DNA of 64,000 nucleotides from an uncultured Nitrososphaerota archaeon (GTDB taxonomy: Archaea; Thermoproteota; Nitrososphaeria; Nitrososphaerales; CADDZS01). Position 1 is the first letter of the stretch, and each line of letters starts with the position of its first letter. Under the pieces are notes generated by a model. That model ran no database searches, had not been told where the DNA came from, and saw only the letters and a program-made list of their open reading frames with translations. A program made the translations under genes and the position numbers. Below, one piece after another: positions 29,977 through 42,419 of this stretch. The DNA is taken from positions 608,001 to 672,000 of the forward strand of contig CAWCYI010000006.1 of NCBI GenBank assembly GCA_963799845.1, written 5' to 3'.

Positions 29977-30555
29977 GTGTCAACAAGTATGAGTTGGAGA
30001 TATCAGAATAGGAAAAAGGAGAACAAGGACGAAGATGGGAAGGAGAGTTTCTTTGAGGATCCTTTTCGCTTCGGTTTTGGGACTGGATTCCAAGACATTG
30101 ACCAGCTGATAGACAGCATGTTCAAAACTGCCGAGTCGCTCGATTCGACATCCGATCCAAATAGCGTGTATTACGGTTATCAGGTGAATGTCGGGCCCGA
30201 CGGCAAACCGAACGTGAGGGAATTTGGTAATGTAAAGCCGACGAGGCGAGGTACGTTTGAGCTCGGTTCGAGAGAGCCGTTCGTTGACGTTGTGGTGAAT
30301 GAGAAAGACCAGTCTCTGAACGTCGTAGCTGAGATGCCGGGAGTTCAAAAAGAGGACATCGAGCTCCAAGCGACCGAGGATTCGCTTACGATCAAGGCTA
30401 GAAACGGCGATCGAAATTACGAGACAACTGTTCCACTGAACAATCTGGTCGTCCCTGACTCGGCAAAAGCGACTTACAGAAACGGCATATTGGAAGTTGT
30501 GCTTAAACTGAAGGAAGCTCCGAAGCCGAAAGGACTGAACATCAAGGTGGAATAA
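29977..30555 (+). CDS. hsp20: Archaeal small heat shock protein Hsp20
   Basis: YYGYQVNVGPDGKPNVREFGN, REPFVDV, AEMPGV, AKATYRNGILEV, terminal IKVE. Confidence 0.93.
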   Translation: MSTSMSWRYQNRKKENKDEDGKESFFEDPFRFGFGTGFQDIDQLIDSMFKTAESLDSTSDPNSVYYGYQVNVGPDGKPNVREFGNVKPTRRGTFELGSREPFVDVVVNEKDQSLNVVAEMPGVQKEDIELQATEDSLTIKARNGDRNYETTVPLNNLVVPDSAKATYRNGILEVVLKLKEAPKPKGLNIKVE

Positions 30556-30631
30556 AATGGGGAAGATTGTCACCGCGCAGTTAAGTACCAGAGCTCGCGC
30601 GGAATACACATCCCTCGTACGAAAAAACTAA

Positions 30632-32861
<2,230 letters not shown>

Positions 32862-32873
32862 GGCAAAACTAGT

Positions 32874-32904
32874 GAGGGGAAACCTTTTCCCTCCTATTTT
32901 TTTT
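32874..32904 (+). terminator. Hairpin plus oligo-T terminator after cdc48
   Basis: GAGGGGAAA-CC-TTTTCCCTC followed by T8. Confidence 0.55.
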
Positions 32905-32961
32905 ACATCCCACTTTTTTAGGGCGCGGGAAATTCTTCGAAACTTACCGAAATGATTTTAT

Positions 32962-33756
32962 CTATCTGTAAATGTCGTCGCCCTTTGGCGACCTTTTGAT
33001 ATCGGATATTTCACCATCCTCGTCTACCTCCAGACCTTCGATCTCGGCTTTCTGGATCGCCTCCGCAAGCTCCTTGGACTGAACTTCCAGATCGGAAGAG
33101 TCTATCTCAAGGTCAATCATTTTTGAAAGGACCGTGATTAAGGCCGATAGGGTCTTTGGATGTGGCGTTGGTTCGCCGTGATCTACCGAGAGCTTGTAAG
33201 CTCTCATGCCATGAATCTTTGCAAGCGGAACGATCAGATTGGCAAAGTAATACGCGGATTCGCTCTTGAGTATCACAACCCCTGCTTCTTTCAGATTATT
33301 CACAGCCGTTTCGTCGGTTCCAAAACCGAGTACTCTTGGCGCTTCGAGAGGAGATAACACTGGTTGCGACCATCGTGCCCCAAATGAAATCAGTTCTTTG
33401 ACCCCGATACTCTTGGCGTAATCTAGCACGACCTCGCCGTACTCGTACTCGCTCTCCACAGGCGAAGAGTGTCCAGCAAAAAGAAGATAGTCCCTGATCT
33501 TTCCGGAGTGAAGATAGAAGTTGTTTGAGAGCATGCCGGCGATTCCGTTCCGGGAGATCCTGATCTCGGGAGACATCGCCGAGGAGTAGAGTGTGGCGAC
33601 CTGCTTAAAGTCGAGTTTCTTCAATAGGTATTTGCCGAGCTCCCGCGCTTGCGAGTAGAGGAGCCTGAACTGGGGATTTGAAGTGGAAACCGAAACTAGA
33701 AGGACGGGATTTCGCAAGTCCTTTAGTTCATGAGTGCTTTCAAGTTTATTCCACAA
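32962..33756 (-). CDS. PAC2/PbaB-like proteasome assembly chaperone family protein (divergent)
   Basis: LRNPVLLV, YLLKKLD..VATLYS..MSP, IGVKELISFGA, LSKMIDLEIDSSDL, C-terminal hydrophobic-Tyr-X (IYR). Confidence 0.72.
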   Translation of the reverse strand: MWNKLESTHELKDLRNPVLLVSVSTSNPQFRLLYSQARELGKYLLKKLDFKQVATLYSSAMSPEIRISRNGIAGMLSNNFYLHSGKIRDYLLFAGHSSPVESEYEYGEVVLDYAKSIGVKELISFGARWSQPVLSPLEAPRVLGFGTDETAVNNLKEAGVVILKSESAYYFANLIVPLAKIHGMRAYKLSVDHGEPTPHPKTLSALITVLSKMIDLEIDSSDLEVQSKELAEAIQKAEIEGLEVDEDGEISDIKRSPKGDDIYR

Positions 33757-33914
33757 TTTGAACAGCTCTCAAGATCTTGCATCTATTTGATAAGCATCCT
33801 AAATGAGTTTTCTCAATGTATGATGCCTAGGTCTTGCTATCTTCAGGAATATCATATGAATATTCTTTTTATGCTCTGAATTCACTTTCTAGACGTAAAT
33901 CTCGGCGACTACCT

Positions 33915-34052
33915 ATGGAATCGGAGTATCACTGCCCTTGCTGTGGAGGATTGATGCATGAAGAGTCTCGCAGAGAGAAATCTGTGACTTTTCGCTGCTC
34001 GGTCTGTTCAGTCAGTGATGTTAAGCTAATATCTTCTGAATTGGGCTCCTAG
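33915..34052 (+). CDS. Small zinc-ribbon protein (45 aa)
   Basis: MESEYHCPCCGGLM...FRCSVCS; two CxxC pairs. Confidence 0.6.
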   Translation: MESEYHCPCCGGLMHEESRREKSVTFRCSVCSVSDVKLISSELGS

Positions 34053-34183
34053 AGTCTAATTTCTTCGATTATTTTGCTTTGAAAACGTTCTCCTATTGAG
34101 AACGATCGTTCTAACGTGCCTTATATTGAATAAATAATGTAGTTTGAAATAAACCACCCAGTCCTCTTTACAATCGACTTGAT

Positions 34184-35491
34184 TTGAAGCTGGGATTTGT
34201 AAAGCGTCCATCTGCAAAATTGCTCTTAGTAGTCACTATCATAATTTTGATCGCGGGAGTCGCTGTCGGCCTTGCTGGGATGACTGCAACTCAAACTGGA
34301 AAGAATGCGAACGTTGGCGGGGCTGAGCCAGCCTTCAACGTTGTTAATGGTAGTGGGGCTGGTCAGGCCAACGAAGCTAATGGCGGTTACAATACTCCTG
34401 TGGGAAACGCCCCATTTACAACTGTTGTGCAAGAGGCAGGAACAACAGTGTCTGAAGTCACAGAGGTCGCATCATCTTCGTCTCAAAGTTTACCTTCCAC
34501 CACGCCGATCTCAAGCAGCAGTTCCAGTTCTGGTCAACAATCTCAGCAAAACGCCCCGCCCGCACAAAATTTGAACCGGAGCGGGTTCATCGAATTCTTC
34601 AGCAACGTGACTGTCCAGGTCTCATCTGCCCAGACGGCGCTGAATAAAGCGACCGCGTTAGCTTACACCTACGGAGGTTACCTGGCCTTTTCCTCTTACA
34701 CCAATGTAAGCTCAATTGCAGTCTTGAGAATTCCCGCGTCAAATTACGCTTCGGCCCTTTCGGGAATCGAAGGACTTGGGAATCTAACTGGATTGCAGTC
34801 AAACTCGAACGATGTGTCTATACAATACACGGACCTCAACGCGACACTTCAGTCCTTCCTCACGGAACAGACATCACTTCTCAAATTGGAGAATTCATCA
34901 AACTCTCTCAATGCAACGCTACTGCTCGAAGGACATATCCAAAATGTAGATACTCAGATCAATGAGATACAGAGCCAGATACTCCAGGCGCGTCTCCTAA
35001 TTGATTACTCCACGATAACTGGGAATTTCAATGTCTATGTTTCCACTCCGCCACCGAAACCTCTGTCGATGAAGCTTACCGCGACTCCTACTTCCGGGTT
35101 GAATCCACTGTCGGTCACTTTTAACGCAGTGGTCACGGGCGGAGTAATGCCCTATATTGTGAATTACAATTTTGCAGACGGATCTTCTTATCAGGGTCAG
35201 ACTCTGATTCACACTTTCACGCAATCCGGGACTTTTAACGTGACGGTGACGCTGACGGATGCTTCGGGCAGCGTGCTGGAGAATTACACAATAATTCGAG
35301 TCGCCAATCCCCCAGTCCAAAGTGGATTTACGAGTTTTACCAGCTATGCTCTGGGACTGCTAATCAGTGTCGTAGAAGGTATTATCGAGGTTGCCGTAGT
35401 TCTGCTTCCCGTAGCACTCGTCGTCGGTGCCGTAATACTTCCATTCAGGAACAGAATGAGAACCACCAAAAAGGAAGAGATCAAAGGATAG
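34184..35491 (+). CDS. DUF4349 plus PKD-domain membrane/surface protein
   Basis: N-terminal TM, Ser-rich linker, YGGY..LRIPA..DVSIQYTDL coiled coil, PKD (PLSVTF..YNFADG..HTFTQSGTFNVTVTLTD), C-terminal TM. Confidence 0.75.
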   Translation: MKLGFVKRPSAKLLLVVTIIILIAGVAVGLAGMTATQTGKNANVGGAEPAFNVVNGSGAGQANEANGGYNTPVGNAPFTTVVQEAGTTVSEVTEVASSSSQSLPSTTPISSSSSSSGQQSQQNAPPAQNLNRSGFIEFFSNVTVQVSSAQTALNKATALAYTYGGYLAFSSYTNVSSIAVLRIPASNYASALSGIEGLGNLTGLQSNSNDVSIQYTDLNATLQSFLTEQTSLLKLENSSNSLNATLLLEGHIQNVDTQINEIQSQILQARLLIDYSTITGNFNVYVSTPPPKPLSMKLTATPTSGLNPLSVTFNAVVTGGVMPYIVNYNFADGSSYQGQTLIHTFTQSGTFNVTVTLTDASGSVLENYTIIRVANPPVQSGFTSFTSYALGLLISVVEGIIEVAVVLLPVALVVGAVILPFRNRMRTTKKEEIKG

Positions 35492-35646
35492 GCATTTGCG
35501 GATTTCTTGGCGCCGCTTGTGAACTATATCGAACTCCGATTGTTCGCAACTTGACTCTGATTACGGTTCACTTTAAATTCCAGCAAATTCAAGTCTGATT
35601 TAATATCTACCTAAGGACAATCGATATTTCACGAGAAGGTATCTCT

Positions 35647-36616
35647 ATGCAAAAATGTCCAAAGTGTGGCAAGAAATTTGATTCTCTCACTGCTCTGAGC
35701 GACCACTTTAGAGCAGTTCATCCTAATCAGAGGTTTGTTGCACCCAAATCCAACACATCGAGAAATTTTGTCGTATATCTTGTCATCGTAATCATCGTAA
35801 TGGGAAGCTTGGTTGGCTTCCTTATTTACACACAACATACGACAAGTACAACTACGACCGAGACTAATGGCCCACTTTTGACGCCCATTTCATATGCCCT
35901 CTATCAGAATCTTACCACCGTGAGCGATGCGACGCTTTCCCAAATTGGGGTCCAGTCAGACGTCGCGGCTCCGACAGTTATTTCTCCCCCTAATCCTATC
36001 ACGTTCAATAACAAACCTGAGATACTGTACATCGGCGCAGAATTCTGTCCCCTCTGCGCGGCGAACAGATGGAGCATGATAGTCGCTCTTTCGAAGTTCG
36101 GAAATTTCTCGAACCTTCAGTACATGATATCTGCGGTGGATGACGGAAACTACTCGACACTTTCGTTCCGAAACGCTAGCTGACGTCAGTCAGTACATCA
36201 GTTTCGTCAGCGTCGAGAACGAGGACAGGGATCATAACATACTTCAGGTGCCGAATCAGACAGAACAAAATCTGTGGAACACTTACAATCCTAATGCCTA
36301 TCCCTTCATCGACATTGGCGGATCCTTTGTTGTAAAAAGCGAAATGTACAATTCTGCAGCTCTGAATGGGTTGAGCTGGATGCAAATCGGGTCTCAGCTA
36401 AATGATCCATCCAGCTCACTTGCCAAATTAATCGACGGGGCTGCCAATTCAATAATAAGCGCCGTCTGCAAGATGGACGGAGGAAATCCCTCCAGCGTGT
36501 GTAGTAAATCGTTTGCCAATCTTTCGTTCACTTTAGGGCAACCTCCTACTTCAGCAAGCTATCTCTCAATACCAACACAGGAATCGTTGCCGCTGCTTGG
36601 AAAACGTTCTTTCTAA
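35647..36616 (+). CDS. DUF929 thioredoxin-like membrane protein with N-terminal C2H2 finger; frameshift at about 36182
   Basis: [36 protein letters not shown]; second ORF has YPFIDIGG and [10 protein letters not shown]. Confidence 0.82.
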
Positions 36617-37013
36617 AACATTCATCGCAGTCGCAGTAGCTGGAGTCATCGACTCTGTTTACACCGCGTACGAGTACTCAAATGAGAGCTTTGGACGCTG
36701 TTACGTCAACAGCAAAGTGAACTGCCTCGGCGTTTTTCAGAGCGGCCACACTTCTCTGCTCGGAATTCCTTTCTACGTCATGGGACTCGTATGGTTTCCG
36801 TTGCTTCTGATCCTCAGTGTGATTATCACGAAGGGTGGAACACTTCCGCTGCGAGCTGAAATTTTGCTACCACTAGTATTGATCGGAGATATTTTCACAC
36901 TCTACCTTTGGTACCTGGAACTCGGTGTCATCGGAGTTATCTGTCCGCTTTGCGTTTCCCTTTATGTTCTGAACTACATCCTTACGGGATTGCTTATTGC
37001 CGAACTGCTCTGA
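36597..37013 (+). CDS. VKOR-family protein
   Basis: Loop cysteines CYVNSKVNC, SLLGIP, 4 TMs, ICPLC redox motif. Confidence 0.88.
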   Translation: MENVLSKTFIAVAVAGVIDSVYTAYEYSNESFGRCYVNSKVNCLGVFQSGHTSLLGIPFYVMGLVWFPLLLILSVIITKGGTLPLRAEILLPLVLIGDIFTLYLWYLELGVIGVICPLCVSLYVLNYILTGLLIAELL

Positions 37014-37018
37014 GCAAT

Positions 37019-37055
37019 GTTTATACGATAGCGATATCGAATAACCGATATCGGT
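37019..37055 (+). promoter_or_regulatory. TATA box plus tandem palindromic operators before padR
   Basis: TTTATA 37020-37025; CGATATCG 37032-37039; perfect ACCGATATCGGT 37044-37055. Confidence 0.6.
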
Positions 37056-37062
37056 AATCAAA

Positions 37063-37491
37063 ATGTTTGGATTTAGACCTTGGAAGGCAGGACGCAGGGG
37101 CTGGCTTCGGCCTTGGGTGCTCTCGATGCTAGCGAAATCTCCGAAGAATGGTGCAGAGATAATGGATGATATTGAGCAGATGAGCTGGGGCGGATGGCGA
37201 CCCTCGCCGGGTTCAATTTACCCTCTGTTGGATGACATGACAAAGGAAGGACTGATTCAAAAGAGAGATGACGGGAAGTACGAAATCACCGAAAAGGGAA
37301 AAGCGGAGTCAGAATGGCCTTTTGGAATGCCATTCGGAAATCATCCCCACGGTGTAGATCAGATGCTTTCTGAGATAAACGGCTATGTCTCATACTTTGA
37401 AGATCTTTCACGGTCAGACAAAACAAAACTCGCCAAGTATCAATCTTCAATTAGAGATATCTCTTCGCGACTTTCAAAACTGAGCGAGTAG
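37063..37491 (+). CDS. PadR family transcriptional regulator
   Basis: WRPSPGSIYPLL..EGLI..KYEITEKG. Confidence 0.9.
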   Translation: MFGFRPWKAGRRGWLRPWVLSMLAKSPKNGAEIMDDIEQMSWGGWRPSPGSIYPLLDDMTKEGLIQKRDDGKYEITEKGKAESEWPFGMPFGNHPHGVDQMLSEINGYVSYFEDLSRSDKTKLAKYQSSIRDISSRLSKLSE

Positions 37492-37501
37492 AGGATCGGA
37501 T

Positions 37502-37687
37502 ATGACGGCCCATCGCGCGCCAATCAAGGAAGGAGATACGGTGTACCTTGTTGAGAAGAAGGTCCGGGGGAAGGTGCTTGGAAGACTGAAGTACCTGGTC
37601 TTGCTTGAAATCGAAGGAACGCACCAGCTCATCAAGGAGCATCGTGGAGACCTGAAGCTGATACACCCGAAATTGAGCAAGTTCTGA
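37502..37687 (+). CDS. Small hypothetical protein (SH3/KOW-like beta pattern)
   Basis: Tightly packed between padR and the SHOCT gene; IKEGDTVYLV..RGKVLG. Confidence 0.5.
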   Translation: MTAHRAPIKEGDTVYLVEKKVRGKVLGRLKYLVLLEIEGTHQLIKEHRGDLKLIHPKLSKF

Positions 37688-37703
37688 GTGGGGATGGAAT
37701 GAA

Positions 37704-38075
37704 ATGAATTTTCTTTCGCCGTTCCGATGGTTCTGGCTTGCAATTGGAATAGTGTTCCTTGCTGTTCTCGTTACAATCGTTGCGTCCACCATTTACTTTG
37801 GTTTGGCTCTGGGTCGCGCGGTATTTTTCACGCCGCATGTCTTTCCTTTCTTCGGGTTCCCATTTTTCGGTCTGGGATTTATCATACTGGGCTTACTGGT
37901 CGTGGGTCTTGCGATGCGACTTGCCTTCCGCCCGTGGAGGAGAGGAACGTACTACTCGGGGCGATGGTTCAACTATGATCCAGCGATGGATTCACTGAGG
38001 CAGCGCTACGCGCGCGGCGAGATCACGCGCGAGCAATTCGATCAGATGGCCAGTGATTTGGAGAAGCACCGATAG
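37704..38075 (+). CDS. SHOCT domain membrane protein
   Basis: Two TMs then AMDSLRQRYARGEITREQFDQM. Confidence 0.85.
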   Translation: MNFLSPFRWFWLAIGIVFLAVLVTIVASTIYFGLALGRAVFFTPHVFPFFGFPFFGLGFIILGLLVVGLAMRLAFRPWRRGTYYSGRWFNYDPAMDSLRQRYARGEITREQFDQMASDLEKHR

Positions 38076-38142
38076 GTGTTTCTTTCAATGTGATAATTCT
38101 ACGGGATAAACTAAAATCTGCGCACCGTGAACGATTGGGTTT

Positions 38143-38382
38143 GTGCGAAACTCCCAAATCCTGTTTCTCGTGGCCATTCTAATCCTGGGCTGGTTCGGAG
38201 CGGAAGTCTACACCGCTCAGAATATGTGTGTAACTACTTGTATTGATCTCTCGGGCCTTACATCCTGGGAGCAGGCAATAGCGGTTGCATTTTTGCCGGT
38301 TATTCTAATCTACGGGGGCCTGAGGGTTAGAAAGACCGAGAAACAGGGTTCAACCGCAATTGCGCAGGGCGAACAGAGTTAG
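38143..38382 (+). CDS. Small two-TM hypothetical protein
   Basis: Two hydrophobic segments with a CxxxC loop between them and a basic tail. Confidence 0.55.
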   Translation: MRNSQILFLVAILILGWFGAEVYTAQNMCVTTCIDLSGLTSWEQAIAVAFLPVILIYGGLRVRKTEKQGSTAIAQGEQS

Positions 38383-38587
38383 GCGTTGCCGAAATGGGGT
38401 AGTCGGTCCGCCATTCGACCTCAGTTTATGTAAAAGACGTGGAACGCAAAGCGACTCTCAACCTCATTCAGTCCCATTTTCATGATTGGCGAAAGGCACT
38501 AAGCTGATTTCTGTAAATGATCTGAGAATCTTCCGATCTGTTTTTAGTATTCAGACCGCTCAAGTATTCAAAGAGTGACGGCATATC

Positions 38588-40075
38588 TTGGAAATTGCTC
38601 GATATCAGATGTACATCGATGGTGAGTGGAGAAACTCTAGCAGTGAAGATTGGATCAAAGTCGTCGACCCTTCGACCGAAGAGGTGTTTGCCACAGTTCC
38701 AAAAGCAACGCGAGAGGAAGCAAGGGAGGCCATTGATGCGGCGAAAAGCGCTCAATCCAAATGGGAGGATCTCTCTCCACTTCAAAGAAGCGTTTACCTA
38801 TTCAAGATCGCAGAGTTCATCGAACAAGATCGCGAAAGGCTTGCGAGGATCTTGACCCAAGAGCAGGGAAAGCCGCTCTACGAATCACGGTCTGAAATAG
38901 ATGGCGCAGCTACCAATTTTCGTTACTACGCAGAATTCGCGAGAAGGATAGAGGGCGACATCCTCCCGAGTGACTATCCGAAGCAAACGATAATGATATT
39001 GAAGTTGCCTATCGGCGTGGTTGCTTCAATAACTCCTTGGAACTTCCCTTCTGCGACTGTCGCAAGGAAACTTGCTCCTGCACTGATAACCGGGAATACG
39101 GTCGTCACAAAGCCGTCGAGCAACACTCCTCTAAGTACGATCGAGATCGTGAAGCTGGCAGAGCGCGCTGGGCTGCCAAAAGGCGTGCTAAATGTCATCA
39201 CGGGTCCTGGATCAGAAGTCGGGGAAGAACTGGTCACTAACAATGATGTCGGACTGATTACTATGACTGGCAGTACCGAAGCGGGGAGAAAGATAATGCA
39301 AAGCGCTTCCGGTCATCTCGCCAAAGTACTTCTCGAGCTTGGAGGTAAAGCTCCGCTGATCGTATGGAGGGACGCCGACCTAGAATGGTCTCTACGGTGC
39401 GCGATCTGGGCGAGGTTTTGGAACAACGGCCAGACCTGTATTGCCGCGGAAAGGATGTACGTCGATTCTGCGATAAAGGAGAAATTCGTCCCGGCATTTG
39501 TCAACGCTGCTAGGAGCCTCAAGATTGGGGATCCGATCGATGCTGAGACTGATCTTGGCCCTATGGTCAGCAGCGAGGAAAGAGAGACCAGCGAGAGTTT
39601 CATTCGAAAAGCCGTTGAAGAGAACGACAAGATCATCATCGGCGGAATTCCGCCGTCAGACCGAAAAAAGGGCTATTTTCTGGAGCCGACGGTTATCGAA
39701 GTGAGCGATCAGCGATCTCAGTTGATTCAGGAAGAGATCTTCGGCCCGATTGTTCCGATAATGGAAGTAGATGATTTCGACAGGGCGATTGAACTTGCGA
39801 ATGATTCAATTTACGGATTGTCATCGTACGTATTTACGAAAGACTCGAACCGCATGATGAAGGCGATGTTCAAAATAAAATTCGGTGAATGCTACGTAAA
39901 CCAAGTCGGTCCGGAGCAATTCCAAGGAGCTCATACTGGATTCAGGCAAACAGGAATTGGGGCCGAAGGATCGAAGTACGGGCTCGAGTGCTATACCCAG
40001 CTGAAAACTTGCTACATCGATTGGGATGATAAGCCGAATCTCCCGTATCTATTTCCGTACGGTCCAAAACGGTAG
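38588..40075 (+). CDS. NAD(P)-dependent aldehyde dehydrogenase (AldA-like)
   Basis: PWNFP, TGSTEAG, LELGGKAP, NNGQTC, EEIFGP. Confidence 0.92.
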   Translation: MEIARYQMYIDGEWRNSSSEDWIKVVDPSTEEVFATVPKATREEAREAIDAAKSAQSKWEDLSPLQRSVYLFKIAEFIEQDRERLARILTQEQGKPLYESRSEIDGAATNFRYYAEFARRIEGDILPSDYPKQTIMILKLPIGVVASITPWNFPSATVARKLAPALITGNTVVTKPSSNTPLSTIEIVKLAERAGLPKGVLNVITGPGSEVGEELVTNNDVGLITMTGSTEAGRKIMQSASGHLAKVLLELGGKAPLIVWRDADLEWSLRCAIWARFWNNGQTCIAAERMYVDSAIKEKFVPAFVNAARSLKIGDPIDAETDLGPMVSSEERETSESFIRKAVEENDKIIIGGIPPSDRKKGYFLEPTVIEVSDQRSQLIQEEIFGPIVPIMEVDDFDRAIELANDSIYGLSSYVFTKDSNRMMKAMFKIKFGECYVNQVGPEQFQGAHTGFRQTGIGAEGSKYGLECYTQLKTCYIDWDDKPNLPYLFPYGPKR

Positions 40076-40136
40076 GGTCAAAACACACGCTTTAATATCG
40101 TATTCAGTCTTCTGAACGATAAGAGATGTTTTAGAA

Positions 40137-40523
40137 ATGGTAGCCGAAAAAGTCATGCACTTTCAGGGGAAGAACAAAGACTTGTCCAGTCTGGCACAAC
40201 AAATTGAGCAGCAGCTCAAAACCGACGGTTACAAAACCCAGTCTGCGACGAAGCCCATTGGTATAGTTGTACAGGCGCAGAAAGCAGGAATTCTTCGCGA
40301 CATTATCACGGCAGATCGGGCATTCACTATCCTCGTCGCTGGTGACCCGAACGATTTTACGATTCACATCGGAATTGGAAAGTGGGTCCAAAATATTGCG
40401 GTAGCCGCAGCTGAATTTCTATTCTTGTCTGTTCTGTTTCTTGCCGTCGATGTCCCCGAAATGCTCTGGACTGTGCATGTCGAAAACGGAATTGCAAAAG
40501 AGATACAGCAAATTGTGGGCTAG
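40137..40523 (+). CDS. Hypothetical protein
   Basis: Clean ATG ORF with upstream TTTAAT box and a C-terminal hydrophobic segment. Confidence 0.65.
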   Translation: MVAEKVMHFQGKNKDLSSLAQQIEQQLKTDGYKTQSATKPIGIVVQAQKAGILRDIITADRAFTILVAGDPNDFTIHIGIGKWVQNIAVAAAEFLFLSVLFLAVDVPEMLWTVHVENGIAKEIQQIVG

Positions 40524-40721
40524 AACATTATTCAAAGGGAGTAATCAAGCTTCGCTGAAGCAGGTCACCGTTTAGTTCTACTTCAAGGTAAGTGGGACCC
40601 GATTGAGGCTGGGTCCTTCCTACTTTTGCATTTGGAGGACGATTTCTCTTATCTCTGGCTCAACTTTTAGTAGAAACTAATAAGACTGACAACCCTCAGC
40701 CCGAGATTGGTTCATTGTTCG

Positions 40722-41156
40722 ATGTCGACTAATCTGGTCTCTAATCGCGAATCTACAGGTGGTCGGGAGGAGGAAGCAAGTGTTCGCCACCACAGGTTTT
40801 CTGACTTGGATGAGGAATGGATGAATGAAAAACTGTCGCGCAAACTCGTCGTAGGAAAGAACGAAATGCTCGGTTACGTTTTCTTGAAGAAAGGCTGTCT
40901 TGTACCTTCTCACAAACACGTGAGTGAGCAGATTACAATCATACTAAAAGGAGCATTGGAATTTACAACGCAAGGGAAGAAGATAGTTGTCAATGAAGGC
41001 GAGACTCTCTTGATACCTCCGAACGTGGAACATGCAGCTGTTGCACTTGAAGATACGATAGACTTGGATTGCTTCAGCCCTCTGAGGGAGGATTGGCTCA
41101 ATGGAACGGATCAATACCTTCGCTCAGGTGGTCCTGCTCCTAAGAGCGAAAAGTAA
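40722..41156 (+). CDS. Cupin domain protein
   Basis: VPSHKHVSEQITIILKG..IPPNVEHA..DCFSPLREDW. Confidence 0.88.
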   Translation: MSTNLVSNRESTGGREEEASVRHHRFSDLDEEWMNEKLSRKLVVGKNEMLGYVFLKKGCLVPSHKHVSEQITIILKGALEFTTQGKKIVVNEGETLLIPPNVEHAAVALEDTIDLDCFSPLREDWLNGTDQYLRSGGPAPKSEK

Positions 41157-41225
41157 AACTTCCTGCTTGCAAATGTTGTTAATGAAAATGGGAAATATAG
41201 AAAGTCGAGAAAGGGAAAATTAAAT

Positions 41226-42419
41226 TTGCATACCTCCAAGAGAGCTTCCAAAATATCCGAAGAACCGTTCTTTATCGCGCTGAATCTGCCGCCAGGCGTA
41301 CTGCGACTTACAGGGGGAGAACCCGATTTCCCGTCAGCGCCATTCGTTCTCGAAGCCGCTTCGAGGGCAATGTTCGACGGCCAAACCCACTACACGCCTC
41401 CAGCTGGAATAATTCCGCTTCGTCTGGGCGTCGCCCGCAAACTGAAGGAGGAGAACAATCTCTCTTACGATGAGAATGAGATAGTCATGACGCCGGGAAG
41501 CTCTGGAGCAGTGGGGCTGGCGCTGCTGACGATGATCGATCCGGGAGAAGAAGTACTCCTGCCTGACCCGGCTTGGTTCCACTACGCAACGCTTGTCGAG
41601 CTTGCAGGTGGAATACCAAAGCGAGTAACTCTCAATGCAAAGGATGGCTTCACGATACACGGGTCGAAGATAGAGGAGGCGGCTTCGGAGAGATCAAAAG
41701 CGTTGATCCTGAATAGCCCATCCAACCCTATGGGCAGGGTTTTTTCACGAAACGAGTTGGAGGAAGTTGCAGGGGCTGCGGAACGTCTTTCGCTCACAGT
41801 TCTCTCGGATGAAATCTACGAGAAGATCGTGTATCCACCATACTCCCACGTGAGCATAGGATCCCTTTCCGGAATGCGTGAACGCACAATAGTCGTCAAT
41901 GGGTTTTCCAAAGGATATGCGCTCATGGGATGGAGGGTCGGCTATGCTGCAGCTCCAATCGAGATTGCGAGAAAGTTGGAATCTTTGCTCGGTTATACGC
42001 TCGTATGCGCCGGAAGCGTCTCGCAGTATGCGGCTCTTGAGGCAATACAAAATCCTAGGTCGAAGGAATACACGAAGAAGATGCTCGAAGCGTGGACCAG
42101 ACGAAGAGATATTGTCATGCGGTATGTGAATGAAAACTCCCCCGTTGTTTCAGCAATGCCGCCAGAGGGAACGTTCTATGCCTGGGTCGATGTATCAGGC
42201 TCGGGTTTGGATGGAAAGCAAGCCGCCCGTCTTGCCCTAGAAAAAGCCAAAGTCGGCGTTATGCCAGGAAACTTGTTTGGCGAGGTTGGTGGACGAAATC
42301 ATGTTAGAATCTCATTCGCGACTTCCGATGATGTTGTAGAAGAAGGAATGAAGAGGTTATGTAATGTGCTTGCGTCTGCAAATAGAGGGAATCGAATCAT
42401 AGAACCCCCAATCGCTTGA
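41226..42419 (+). CDS. PLP-dependent class I/II aminotransferase
   Basis: GEPDF, NSPSNPMG, DEIY, NGFSKGYALMGWRVG, PEGTFY, RISFA. Confidence 0.92.
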   Translation: MHTSKRASKISEEPFFIALNLPPGVLRLTGGEPDFPSAPFVLEAASRAMFDGQTHYTPPAGIIPLRLGVARKLKEENNLSYDENEIVMTPGSSGAVGLALLTMIDPGEEVLLPDPAWFHYATLVELAGGIPKRVTLNAKDGFTIHGSKIEEAASERSKALILNSPSNPMGRVFSRNELEEVAGAAERLSLTVLSDEIYEKIVYPPYSHVSIGSLSGMRERTIVVNGFSKGYALMGWRVGYAAAPIEIARKLESLLGYTLVCAGSVSQYAALEAIQNPRSKEYTKKMLEAWTRRRDIVMRYVNENSPVVSAMPPEGTFYAWVDVSGSGLDGKQAARLALEKAKVGVMPGNLFGEVGGRNHVRISFATSDDVVEEGMKRLCNVLASANRGNRIIEPPIA

